From: Selaginella moellendorffii | Taxonomy: Eukaryota > Plantae > Lycopodiophyta | DNA: 64,000 bases | Direction of reading: 5' to 3' | NCBI RefSeq assembly: GCF_000143415.4 | Contig: NW_003314344.1 | Location: 70,336 to 134,335 of the forward strand | Shown here: positions 37,153 to 50,600 of the stretch, in pieces | Position numbering within the stretch: the stretch's first letter is position 1 | Layout: the number at the start of each line of letters is the position of its first letter | The notes under the pieces: generated by a model | Database searches by the model: none | Told to the model about the DNA's origin: nothing | Seen by the model: the letters and a program-made list of their open reading frames with translations, nothing else | Translations under genes and position numbers: made by a program

Positions 37153-40100
37153 CAGCCACTTTTCTACACTAACTCCAGACTTTATCCAACTCAATTGCTT
37201 TAGCCCCAAAAGTTAGCATCCCTTTCGGGTCACATCATACAAACCACCTACTAAAGTCTAAGTTAACCAAAGTCAACTCCAACCCCTTCACTAGTTTGCA
37301 TTGGCTTACGAAAATGGAATGGTTTTCGAACAAAGTAATCAACAAATCAGCCATTGGATAAGTCTAAGAAAATTTGTGGAAAATTTTCCATCCTAGAGAA
37401 AGAATGACTCTCAGTCCAGGAATGCAAACTTCAAGACTCAACCAAATTCCTTATATTAATAAATTCACATAAGTTCACCTCAACACAAATTCTCATGACC
37501 CATAGTATGCTTAAGCCTCAAATATCTTTTTGCAAATACTTCCGACATCCAACTTTGACATCCGCAAAAATGCAAAGTGAACATCCAAGGCTTGATCACG
37601 AAGACCACATCTTCAGATATCCACATTGCACTAACACTCTTCTTCAACCACCTTCAAGATTCAATGTGAATTTAAAACACTAACAATAAAAATGACATGG
37701 AAAATCAAGTTCTAAGGAAAATTCCTCATCACTTGAACAACAATACCACTTCCACTAACACAAGTGCTAGTGATGTTAATGCCTTAACTACACACCTTTT
37801 CCATCCAACAATCTACTCTAAGTGTTAACAGAACAACCAACAAGCCATAGCAAGTGAATGCTACAACCCTATTCCTAACACCCCATAGGCAAACCCTCAA
37901 GGAAACAAGGCACTAACTCAAGCTTAACATAATGGACCACCATTGAAAATTTAGTCAAAGCTATTACAATGCTACTACGTGCAAGTAGATTAGCTTCTCC
38001 ATCAACCACTTTGGGGTTGATCATCGTTTAACCAAGCAACTTTGTAAACACATTGCTCATTATCACATGGATATGATATAAAAATCACAATGACTTGATC
38101 ACCAATTGAGCAACACCCATGTCATTACTTCAAAAATTTATGTGAGTATCAAATATTAACTCGACTTGACAAAATGCAACATAAATGCCACACTCCACTG
38201 ATAGAGATTTAGAACACCTAACACCACTAACTTTTGTTCACAACACGGACAAGCTCATGCCACTCTCTTTCCGACTAAACTCAAAACTAATATAACACCA
38301 AACTACTTAAGGAGCAATAGCAAAGTTCCCCAGAAAAGAATTGAGCATTACAACCCAAGCCTTCTAATACCAAGCCTAAACAAAATGGTTTAGCACTTCA
38401 CTGCTATCCATCTCATAACTCACCATTTATAAGACCACCATAACCAACATGCATCAAGGTAGGGACTCTTGATTGCATAATGTAAACACGAGCAATGAGT
38501 CACACCTCATTGCAAATTATCTCTCCAAGAAGAGAAGATGATTTACGTGTTTGATCCTTCGTCCCCGATGACTCTCTTTTTGGTCTCATATTTGACTACA
38601 CCTCAAGCTTGCTTTCACACTGCCTTTAGTCCAATCCAAGAAAAGTTTATAAGAGAGCATAACAATGAGTATTTGAATCAATAGACTAATCCTCATAGTC
38701 TTGATTGATCCACTTATAATCACGCCTAGGAAGGATCCACTAGTGCCGTGCTAAACAACTACGAACCAGCCTATTTGCCACTCATAGCAAACCCAGGGAG
38801 GTTTGCTTTCACCCATGGTACATGGAACAACTCATGGAACAACTAGAACAACTCATGGAACCACTGATAGGCTAATATTAATCCTGCCAACTCAAAGTGC
38901 AACCTTGAGTTGCTAATGTGCCTCACTCATGAGCCCAAGCACAAACTCATACAAATAGAACAACTCAATCCCTCTTATGAGCCCAAGAGCAAGCTCACAT
39001 CATAAGGTACAACAAGGTAACCAAATCCATACCGAAGGTACCAATGCAAAGCCTTTTGCACCCAAACGTGTACCCACTCGGATCATTGTTTTCATCTCTG
39101 CGTATGCAACAAGACTAGTTGCACAATCTCATTGGATAGTACTCACCGAGACACATTTTTTGATACCAAATGTAGCGCACGTGGTTTTGACCCTTTATCC
39201 TATGGTGATTTACCATAGGATAACACCACAAAGCAGAACCTAAACCCTCTTTGTGCCACGTGACAGATGCCATGTGTCACATGCCACGTGTCCATAGAAA
39301 CCCGAGGTTCAGGGCCTTGGGCCACTAAACAAAGGAACGGTGCCAAACTCCCGAGCATGGAGCCAAGGAATGATGGAACCGAACCACGGAGCAACTCCCG
39401 AGCATAAAGCCTAAGGAGCGAAGGGACAGGAGCCCGGAGTGACTTGGAACAATCCTAGAGTAACCAGCATCCCAATGCCAAGACCAGCATGCAAAACGGA
39501 GCTAAACGGAGTTTGGCACTATTTCAGCATACCAGTGGACTAACGTGAGGACATGGGTACTCCATCAGCTAGCATGGAATAGAACTTGGGCTTAGACCCA
39601 AGCCGGACGCAGAACAAGGACAAGCACACAAGCAAGAGCTAGACTATGCCTTAGGTTGGTCGGCCATGCCTAATCTACCCACTATCCCTATTATACATTT
39701 GGAACCCCCCACAGCCCCCCTCCCTTTGAGGAACACACGCTTTGGGCTTTCACCCTAAGCCTCCCTTAGTATCAGGAGTTAGTCTCTGGGACAAGCTCAA
39801 AACTTACTAAATATGGAATATCCCTAGATTGCGAATTTGGACACGAGACGAACACCATTGTGTTTAGGCCAATCTCTACATTCCATAGATATGCCAAATG
39901 AGCAAATCTGGACACTTTCCATAAATAGCATTTGGGACCGAAATGAGACTAACACAAAGGGCATGATAGCGAGGGTGTTTGGCAGACACGGTAAGCTATC
40001 ATGTAGCGATATTGAGGGATTAGTCTCAATACGCAAGGGTTCTTGTCAAACCAGTGCAAGACAGAGCAAAAGAGAACTAAAAAGCCAGGCCAAATATGTT

Positions 40101-40305
40101 TGGCTGAATAGACACTTAGGAATTCCATCCTTATACTCATCTAGCTAAGTACAGATGCAAAGTCCAGTTTACTAATACTTGAACAAGAGGGGTTGATAAA
40201 GGAAATCAGCAATACCGACTTCCTGCCATCGTGGCAGTAAGGTAAGAGTGTCCGTAAGGACTGGCCGACATGTAACTTTTGATACCCGAAGTCACATTTG
40301 CGACA
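37153..40305 (-). mobile_element. Family B element, 5' half (LTR 39171-40305), inverted
   Basis: PBS at ~39158-39168. The flank CATAG (40306-40310) is the reverse complement of CTATG (46027-46031). Confidence 0.88.
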
Positions 40306-41949
40306 CATAGACAATGATATCTTAGAGTCCTAATTATCAGTGATTAAATCTTAAATTAGAACACAAAAGTATTCCAAGTAAGTTATCATCTGATAAACCA
40401 GTATTAGAGTATAAGAACCACCAAGATCACTAAAGTTGGAAAACATAGGATTTACCATCTAACAAAATTCAATAGTCAGTGTATCATCAAGAAATTTCAA
40501 TGATAAAACATAACTATCAAAGATTGTAGATGGCATGCGAAACAACTTACAAAAGACAACTAAAAGAACACAAAGTATTATCAACTTGGCAAGTAAAATG
40601 CTCACGAATGTATCACCTAAATGTAATAACATCCCAACTTATTAGAACTAACGTGAGTAATAATCAACAGAACAGAATGAATATTGCAAAACAAACAAAC
40701 ACTTGTTCATGCCAACTATCACACTAGTCAATCTGAATAGATCCTAGTTAACAATACCAAGGAACGAGAGTTTTTTAAACAAGTGTTAGCAACATCTTAC
40801 CAATGTTTCGAACCCAAGAGACCAATCCAAAGCAAACCATAAGGAATATGTGATAATGCAAAAAAGCCATAAACTATCAAAGAGAATAACTAACCATCAT
40901 GAAAGATTATCAATCATTCTATCAATAGTGAAATATGCATAATCATTGTCAAAAAAGGAATCCACCATCCCGAAGAATAGCAAATCATTCTATATCAATA
41001 ACAATCAAGCAAAACCTTTTGACAAAGACAATCAACTATCCTAGATGATAGTCAATCATCATCAATGATTGTTAGATGCAAAAACCAACTTTAACATGGA
41101 AGCTAACAAGTGAAAATGCCTTCCCCCAACAACTTCTAACAAATGGAATAATGAGTATAAAACTCAGAGAACCAAAAGCTCGAAGAAGCTTATAGCCAAG
41201 TCTTGTTTAATAATGATCATGAGTTTCACACGAACTAACTTCAATGCTAAAGAAGAAATCATGGTATAACCCATAATATCCCCCTCAACACATCCATAAG
41301 CTAAACTTCATAATGCAAAGCTAATGAAGAGCATATCTGCATCAATTCAAAAGCCAAGCACAATAAAGCTATGCTCAACAAGTGAACACTAAACAATCCT
41401 CCATGAATCCATCTATAGCAAGATATAACTCGCTTCATAACAAGCATAAGAAGAATCATCAATGATCAATATATCTCAACTGAAATCCAACAAGAATTCA
41501 ATCACTTCAATACCAATCATTAACTCTTCTGCTTATAGAGTTAGCATAATCCATGACTAAATCACTTTTTCAAGGAAAAGCTCAAAGCTCAACCCTGACT
41601 AAGCAATCTTATCTAGAACACAACTAACTCAAATTTGCCATTTAGTTCATTTGAACGTCAATATAATTGCTAACTAGCAAATGCATGAATGTCAATAACA
41701 TAAAGCTATAACCAAACCATTAACATTATCTCCATTGAGACTAATGAAACTCAATATCAATCCTAAAGAAAGACATCTCATCTCACTTGAATCTCAATAT
41801 CAATAATGTCAATGACAAAACATCACTTCAATGCTATCAACACCAAAACAAAGCTAGAAGAAAGCAAGAGTGAATCACCACTCAAAACTCCCTAGCAACT
41901 AAGCTAATCAAAGTCGAAGATACCTTAGTCAGTATCCAAGACTAATCCT
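40306..41949 (-). mobile_element. Family B host element interior, inverted piece
   Basis: Homologous to 11503-13140. Joins 46027 onward across the TSD. Confidence 0.85.
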
Positions 41950-44900
41950 TGTGCTTTTCTAGAAAAGTGACCCTTGTGCCTTTTTTCTGTAGCATTGTGC
42001 TTGGTGGCAAGTTGCACCTTACATTTCATTGACTCTATGAGAGTAGTGAGCTCTCATTGATCTTGACTTGGTCTTGGTGGTTCTGCACCTTGGCTGAGGA
42101 TGGTGATGTCCAACTTAGTTGTTTAAGGTTGAGATGTTAGTACCTGTACTATAGCTTTGTCTATGAGGAGGTTGTATACCAATATGTGTCCATCTCATGG
42201 TCTTCACTATAGTTTCAGCTGAGTGTTGATCATGCATAGCTAGCCTCTTCAAGGCATGCTCAGAGCTATTGGCTAGACAAATTAGTGAGCTTATTGCGGT
42301 TAAGTTGGATTTGAGTGGTTATTTAGTTCACGCTTGTCCATGAATCTTTATCTCGTGTCTGAGGTATTACGTTCATGTTGGACAGGTATATGATTCGATG
42401 GCATGAGTTTAGTGTTGGGTCTGGTGAAGGCAAGTTGAAGAGTGATTGTTAGTTGCTTTGAGACTAGTGATTATTTGTAGACTTTGTCAAAGGCTTTTGA
42501 CATTTGCTTCGTTCGATGATAATTTAGCAGTGATAGGCTTGCTTTACCGGATGGTGTTGTGGAGGATCGTATGGTTAGATTTACATGGTTTCTTTTCCAT
42601 GTTGGCATGTCGATTCCTTTATTGATATCATTTGGTTGCATTTAGTTCATAGTGTTGGATTTCATGGAGTCTTGGATGTGGTGAATCACTCTTTGATGAA
42701 GTATTATATGTAGCTGAGTATTATTGAAGAATTGGTTTTGGATACTAACTAGGGTATCTTCGACTTGGGTTAGCTTGGTTGCTAAAAAGCTTTAGGTGGT
42801 GATTCACTCTTGTTTTCTTCTAGCTTTATTATGGTGTTAATGGCATTGAAGTGATGCCTTGTCGTCGATATTGTTGATGTTGAGATTCAAGTGAAATGAG
42901 ATGTCTCTTCTTAAAATTGATATTGAGTTTCATTAGTCTCAATAGAGATAATGTTGATGATTTGGTTGTAGCTTTGTGTTATTAGCATTCACGCATTTGT
43001 TAGTTAACAATTATGTTGACATTCAAATGAACTGAGTGGCAAGTTTGAGTTAATTGTGTGCTAGATGAAATTATTTAGTAGAGGTTGAGCTTTTGCTTTT
43101 CCTTGAAAAGTGATTTAGTCGTGAACAATGCTAACTCTACGAGAGGAAGAATTAGTGATTGATATTGGAATGATTGAATCCTTGTTAGATTTGAGTTGGA
43201 ATATATCAATCATTGATGATTTTTCTTGTGCTTGTTATGCAGGGAGTTATGTCTTGTTATAGATGGATTCATGGAAGATCGATTAAATGATCACTTGTTG
43301 AGCTTAGCTTCATTATGCTTAGCTTTTGGAAAGATGCAAACATGCTCTTCATTAGCTTTGGCATTATGAAGTTTCTTATGGATGTGTTGAGGAAGATGTT
43401 ATGGGTTGTACCATGATTTCTTCTTTAGCATTGAAATTAGTTCATACATAGCTTATAATCATTGTTAGGCAAGACTTGGCTATAGGCTTCTTCGAGCTTT
43501 TGGTTCCTTGAGTTTTCATGCTTGATCTATTTGTTAAAAGTTGTTGGGGAAGGCATTTTAGCTCATTAGCTCTTGCATTTAGCAATCATTAGTGATGATT
43601 GACTATCATCTAGGATTGTTGGTTATCTTTGTCAAAAGGTTTTGCTTGATTGTTGTTGATATAGAATGATTCGCTGTTCTTCGGGATGGTAGATTCTTTC
43701 TTCAATGATGATTATGCATATCTTCATTGATGGGATGATTGATAATCTTTCATGATGGTTAGTTGTTCTCTTTGATAGTTTATTTCTTTTCGCAATACCA
43801 CAAGTTGTTTGTGGTTTGCTCTGGATTGGTCTCCTGCTGAGTTTGAGACATTGATAGGATGTTGTTGACACTTGTTTAGGCAACTTGAGTTCCTTGGTGT
43901 TGTTGACCAGGATCTATTCGGATTAGCTCGTGTGATAGTTGGCATAACGAGTGTTTGTTGGCCATGCAACATTCATTCTATTCTGTTGATTATTGCTCAA
44001 GTTCACTTTGATAGATTCGGATGTTATTCCTTCGGGTGATACATTCGCGAGCATTTTGCTTGCCAGTCGATGATACTTTGTGTTCTTTAAGTTATCTTTA
44101 GTAAGTTGTTGGCTTACTGTCTGCTATCTTCGGTAGTTAAGTTCCATCATTGAGTTTACTTGATGATATACTTGCCATTGAATTTTGTTGGATGGTGAAT
44201 CCTGTGTTTACCAATTTTGTTGATCTTGGTGGTTCCTATCTATTATAATACTGGTTTATCGGATGATAACTTAATTGGAATACTTTTGTGTTCTAATCTA
44301 AGATATAGTCACTGATAATTAAGTTTCTACGATATCATTGTCTCTGACTTTGATATTGTCCATCTATTAATTTTTGAGTTTGGGCCAGTAATGGGCAAAC
44401 TGGCTTCAGCACTTCGTGTGCATGGTGAAATCTCTAGTCATGGGGTAACTACTGTCGACTGGTCACATAACCTACCTCTCTGTCGATGTTCCTTATTCCG
44501 TTAAAAGGGTGTGACTGTGTAAACAACTCTAACTGCCTGTTTACAGTAGTCTATCTAAACCTTACCGACGGGTTTTGTTTCTTTGCTCAGGAGGGTTGGG
44601 GCCTCTGGCTTCTCTCTCTATGTCCTTGCTGGCAGGGGCATATCACACTTTTGTAAGCTGTGTGACTTCCAGAGCAGCAAGGGTGGCTGATTCCGTTGGT
44701 CATTTCCTTGTCGACGACGGCCGGAAGGTGTCTGAGCTGGTAGCGCATCCGCGTTAAACAAAGAGGTTACCTCTAACTCATTTAAGTTGGTGCATTTCTC
44801 ACATAGTGTGAGTACCGTGAGCTTTTTCTAGAGTTGTTTCCTTGGCGGTATTCTAAACTTGAGTATGCATCGACAAGGACGTCAATCTTCCCTAGGGGGG

Positions 44901-46026
44901 GAGAGTCTCGCAAATGTGACTTCGGGTATTGAAAGTTATTTGTCGGCCAGTCCTTACAGACACTCTTACCTTACTGCCACAATGGCAGGAGGTCGGTATT
45001 GCTGGTTCCCTTTATCGGCCCCTCTTGTTCAAGTATTAGTAAACTGGACTTTGCATCTGTACTTAGCCGGATGAGCATAAGGACGGAATTCCTAAGTGTC
45101 TATTCAGCCAAGCATACTTGGCCTAGCTTTTTAGTTCTCTTTTGCTCTGTCTTGCACTAGCTTGACAAGAACCCTCGCGTATTGAGACTAATCCCTCAAT
45201 ATCGCTACATGATAGCTTACCATGTCTGCCAAACACCCTCGCTATCATGCCCTTTGTGTTAGTCTCATTTCGGTCCCAAATGTTATTTATGGAAAGTGTC
45301 CAGATTTGCTCATTTGGCATATCTATGGAATGTAGAGATTGGCCTAAACACAATGGTGTTCGTCCTGTGTCCAAATTCGCAATCTAGCACCATTCCATAT
45401 TTAATAAGTTTCGAGCTTGTCCCAGAGACTAACTCCTGATACTAAGGGAGGCTTAGGGTGAAAGCCCAAAGCGTGTGTTCCTCAAGGGGAGGGGGGCTGT
45501 AGGGGGTTCCAATGGTATAGTAGGGATAGTGGGTAGGTCGAGCATGGTCAACCAAGTTGAGGCATAGTCTAGCTTTCGCTTGCGTGCTTTTCTTTGTTCT
45601 GCGTTCGGCTTGGGTCTAAGCCCAAGTTCCATTCCATGCTAGCTGGTGGAGTACTCATGTCCTCACGTTAGACCACCGGTATGCTGAAATAGCACTAGAC
45701 TCCGTTTGGCTCTGTTTTGCATGCTGGTCCTAGCATTGGGATGCTAGTTCCTCTAGGATTGTTCCAAGTCGTTCTGGGCTCCTGTCCCTTCGCTCCTTGG
45801 GCTATATGCTCAGGAGTTGCTCCGTGGTTTGGTTCCATCACTCCTTGGCTCCATGTTTGGGAGTTTGGCACCGTTCCTTTGTTCAGTGGCCCAAGGCCCT
45901 GAACCTTAGGTTTCTATGGACATGTGGCATGTGACACGTGGCACAAAGAGGGTTTAGGTTCCGTTTTGTGGTGTTATCCTATGGTAAATCACCATAGGAT
46001 AAAGGGTCAAAACCACATGCGCTACA
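41950..46026 (+). mobile_element. Family B element, 3' half (PPT ~44890-44905, LTR 44906-46026)
   Basis: The interior resumes where the 37153 piece stops. The LTR shares diagnostic variants with 39171-40305. Confidence 0.88.
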
Positions 46027-46511
46027 CTATGAATTTGATATTGTCTATTTATTAATCTTTGAATTTGGGCCAGTATAGGCAGACTGGCTTCGGCACTTCG
46101 TGTGCATGCTGAATGCTCTAGTCATGGGGTAGTACTATTGACTGGTCATATCACCTACCTCCCTGTCGATGTTCCTTTTGTCGTTTGTAAAGGGCGTGAC
46201 CGTGTAAACAACTCTAACTGCCTGTTTACAGTAGTTTATCTAAACCTTACCGACAGGTTTGGTTTCTTTGCTCAGAAGGGTTGGGGCCTCTGGCTTCCCT
46301 CTCTATGTCCCTGTGGGCAGGGGCGTATCACACTTTTGTAAGCTGGGTGACACCTAGAGCAGCAAGGGTGGCTAACTCCGTTGGTCATTTCCTTGTCGGT
46401 GACGGTCGGAAGGTGTCTAAGTTGGCAGTGTAAGGAACCAACTCCCCGAGATGTCGTAGGCTAGAGGATCCCCGAAAGCATGACTAAAATGATAAAGAGT
46501 TCATCGGATGG

Positions 46512-46797
46512 GACCGAGTCTGAGATCGATTCCAAGACCGACTCGGAGACCGAGTTCGAGATAGAGTCCGGAATCGAGTCCGAGGCCGACTCGGAGACCG
46601 AGTTCGAGACCGAGTTTGAGACCGAGTTCAAAACGGAGTCCGAGATCCAAAATCGGGTCCAAGACCGAGTCCAAGGTCGAGTCCGAGGTCGGGTCCGAGA
46701 TCGGGTCCGAGATCGAGTCCGAGATTGAGTCCGAGACCGAATACGAAGTCGGATCCGAGATCGAGTCCGAGATCAAGCCAAAGACTGAGTCCGAGTA
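46512..46797 (+). repeat. Degenerate 6-bp-period repeat (GAGTCC/GAGACC/GAGATC) in family A LTR; also 52776-53073 and 77-320
   Basis: Directly visible CCGAGT/CCGAGA/TCGAGT periodicity. Unit number varies between the three LTR copies. Confidence 0.85.
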
Positions 46798-47649
46798 CTA
46801 ATACGGGTCAAGGGGTGAAAGCCCAAAGCATGCGTCTCCCAGGGGGGGGGGGGCATTGCAGGGGGTTCCAAAAGTATAGTAGGGATAGTGAGGTTCATAA
46901 ACCAGTTTTGAAGGAACTCTCCAATGGGGCTTCCAAACTGACTTGAGGTTGGGACTGGGACCAAGGGGCCTTGGGTGGGAGTGAGCATGGACGTGGTTGG
47001 TGCCGGAGGGGCCATCCAAGGAAGTGCTCAAGAGTAGCTCCCACTCCCGAAAGGGAAACCGATTGTGGTGCTCCCAGCTCATGTGGAGTGGTGCCCCACT
47101 TGAGTACCATGCGGCTCATTGGTCCTCACCCTTCTTAGGGGCTTGGACCTTCTCTTCGGGATGGAAGTGGGGGGGTAGAAGTACCCATACCGGGCCGTTA
47201 GGCCATGGTGTTTCGCCCCAGCATCCCGAAGCAAGTGTTGCACCCAAGACTTGGGATTTAGAGGGTCCCATGATCAAGTCTTGTGGTAGCAAGGGATGTT
47301 AGGAACTTGGAAGTTTGGTGTGCTTGGTTGCTTGTGCTTGTGGGGAGTGTAGCCGAACCTTAAGTCCAGTCTAACCCGGGGAGGGGGATTGGGAGAGATT
47401 TGGGAATCCGTGGATGGATGGCTAACACACCGTTGCTTGTGCAGTGAGTAGCTGAAACCAAGTAGGACCAAGTAGGAGCTGGTACCATAGGCGGGAACCT
47501 TGGCGAGGGAACTTAGCAAAAACCAAGGCAGTGTTGGACGGATAGACGAGGTAAGCTAGCAAATCGGAAAGGAAAATTTTGTGGCTTACAATTTGGTATC
47601 AGAGCCATTTCCTCAGTTCTAGCGAAGGATAGAGGCGGATTGCTGAGAG

Positions 47650-50600
47650 ATGGCAAAGGTAGGGCGGAAGCAAACGAATGCGGGGACGGAACCTCCTCCA
47701 GAGCTGGAGCCTCCGGTCGAACAAGAGGCTATGGATGAGGAATCCTTGCATGAGGAGGACTCCAATGAGGAAACTTCTAAATAGGAGTCCGGTGGTGAGG
47801 TTCGGTCGTCCAAGGCTCGATTGGATGTTCTAGAAGGACAATTGGCACAGACCAATGCCCTGCTGGAGACTCTCATGTGCAAGCTAAAGCGTGACAAGAA
47901 GCGGAAGAAAAGGCAAAAGACTGCGGATGTTGGCAGCACAGAAGGTGCAGACCCTTCGGCAGGGATTGAGGCAAAACCAGACAAGGTTGAATAGACCGAA
48001 GTGGAATTAGTCCCACAAGCAGTGCCCAAGTACAAACCAAAGCCCCCACCGGTCTTCAAGGGAGTGAACAACTATAAAGTGGTGGAGGATTGATTTTACG
48101 ATATGGAGGACTACTTCCAAGCGTTGTTGTTACCGAGCTCGGAGAAGGTCCCATGTGCAAAACCATACTTGGCAGATAATGCCAAGTCTTGGTGGAGAAC
48201 GACAGAGGCCAACGAAGGACCGGTGGCCACTTAAGACATGATGAAGGCGAGGATCTGCGCAACATATGTTCCTCCGAATGCCACTCTGCATCTAAGAGAT
48301 GAGCTGAGTAGGCTAAAGTAGACTGGAACCATCCAGGAGTATGTGAATGGGTTCATGGCAAAGAGGATACTTGTCACGGACATGGGGGATATGGATGTGT
48401 TCCATGCCTTCATATCAGGTTTGCAAACCTGGGCTCGCGGTGAGGTGATGCACTGGAACCCGACCAACTACAAGGAAGCATTGGATGCGGCCATCAAGGT
48501 GCATTTCAATGATAACCTGTGAAAGGGGAACGCGACGGGGTTGGGATCCACGTTTAGCAAAGGGGCCAAAGCAAGGGGAACTTATAGCAAAGGGAAATTC
48601 AAGAAGAGTTTCTCTAAGAATGAGTCCTCGGGGTTCCAGAAGGGCAAATCCGGTGGCCAGCGAGCAAGTATGTGAGGGAGTCAAGCAAAAAGAGACAAAC
48701 CCACGGATAAGAAGGTCAAGTTGTTTAGCAGCGTGGGAAATAACGTATGTTACAACTGCAGTGAAGTGGGACACTTTACAAGGGAATGTCCCTACCCAAA
48801 GAAGGCCAGAGCCAATATGGCCATTAAGTCGAGTGAAGTCTAAACTAAGGTATGTGATCCAGTCCCTAGCTCAAAGTTACTCACTACACGAGCAACTTTG
48901 GTAGAGAGTCGTTTGCGACATCTACTAGCCCTCCGAAGGAAGCTCAAGGGTAACTTTGTTAAGATCTTTATTGACACGGGTGCTTTGAATAATTTTGTGG
49001 CTATAGACATAGTCCGGCAAGCCGGACTAACGGTGCAGCGGCTGAGCGAACCAAGGACTATAGAGTTTGTTCAAGGTAGCCGAAGCACTGATGAGGTACT
49101 TCGACAAGCGAGAGTCAAAGTAGGGACTTGGAAAGTAGACATGGACTTCACCGTGTTGGACATGGCAGGATTTGATATGATCTTCAGGATGGATTGATTC
49201 AATCGGTTTGTGGTAGCCCTACATGGACAAGGTAGGAACTTTGTGGTACTAGCGAATGCCCAAGGAAGAAGATCTAGGGTGGAGGCTCAAGATCTAAAGG
49301 TAGGGCAATGCAAGGCTAAAGATTCGTGCCTAAACCTGGTGTCCACGAGAGGACAACTCACTAAAGGGACCAAGGCTGCATTTTTGTGCTTACTCTCGGT
49401 GAGAAGTGATAAAAAGACTGGAACGAAAGAAGTACCTTTAGTGATCTAGCGGGTGTTGGACCAATTCCAGGATACCATGCCAGAGGAGCTACTGGCGGGA
49501 TTGCCCCCCGCACTACCGATAGAACATAAGATTGAGCTGGTCGAGGGTGCTGAGGCGGTGGTTCGTCCCCCCTATCGTTTGAATGAAAAAAAACTTGTGG
49601 AGCTCAAGCGCCAACTAGAGGAGTTGGTGGACAAAAGGTATGTTAGGTTGAGCAAGTCGCCGTATGGGGTGCCGGTGCTATTTGTGAAAAAGAAAGATGG
49701 ATCTATGCGCATGTGTATAGACTATCGGTTGCTCAACAAATATACAAAGAAGAACAAGTACCCTTTGCCAAGGATTGAGGACCTGTTCGATAGGTTGGGA
49801 AAGGCAAAATATTTCTCGAGGATTGACCTAAGGTCAGGATACTACCAGATTAGGGTAGCAGAGGAAGATGTCGAGAAGACAACCTGTCGAACGAGGTATG
49901 GGAGCTTCGAGTTTCTGGTGATGCCCTTCGGGTTATGCAATGCGCCAGCAATGTTTTTGGCGTTGATGAACCATATCTTTGTACTCTATTTGGATCACTT
50001 TGTGGTCGTCTATATTGACGACATCCTGATCTATAGCGAAACACTAGAGGAGCATGCCAAACACTTGACAAAAGTGTTTGAGAAATTAAAGGAACACCAG
50101 CTGTATGCTAAAGAGAGCAAATGTGACTTTGCTCAACAAAAGGTAAAGTTTCTCGAGCATGTGGTGGGCAAGGATGGGCTCAAGGTGGACCTTGAGAAGG
50201 TCCAAGCGATCCAGGATTGGGAGCGACCATCGAATGTACACGAGTTAAGGGCATTCATGGGGCTATGCAACTACTATCGAAAGTTTATCAAACACTATTT
50301 GAGAGTAGTCCTGCCCTTAACGGACCAAATGAGAAAAGGGAAGATGGTATGGACAGCGAAATGCGAGGCGGCATTCGTCCACCTCAAGGGGAAGTTGAGG
50401 AAGGCTCCCGTGTTGGCGTTACCAGACTTTGGTAAGGACTTTGAGGTAGAAACGGACGCTTCAGACTTTGCGTCGGGTGCAATTTTGAAGCAAGACAACC
50501 ATCCAGTAACATTCTTCTCGAAGAAGTTGGACAAGGCTCAACGAAAGTCGCTTGCCCATGAGAAGAAATTGTTTGCAGTGGTCAAGGCACTCAAGGAGTG

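Noticed and set aside
48850-48906. Extra intron at the gag/protease junction (AG|GTATGT...TAG)
   Set aside because: Gag and protease are already in frame and no motif is restored by removing it. Possible but unsupported.
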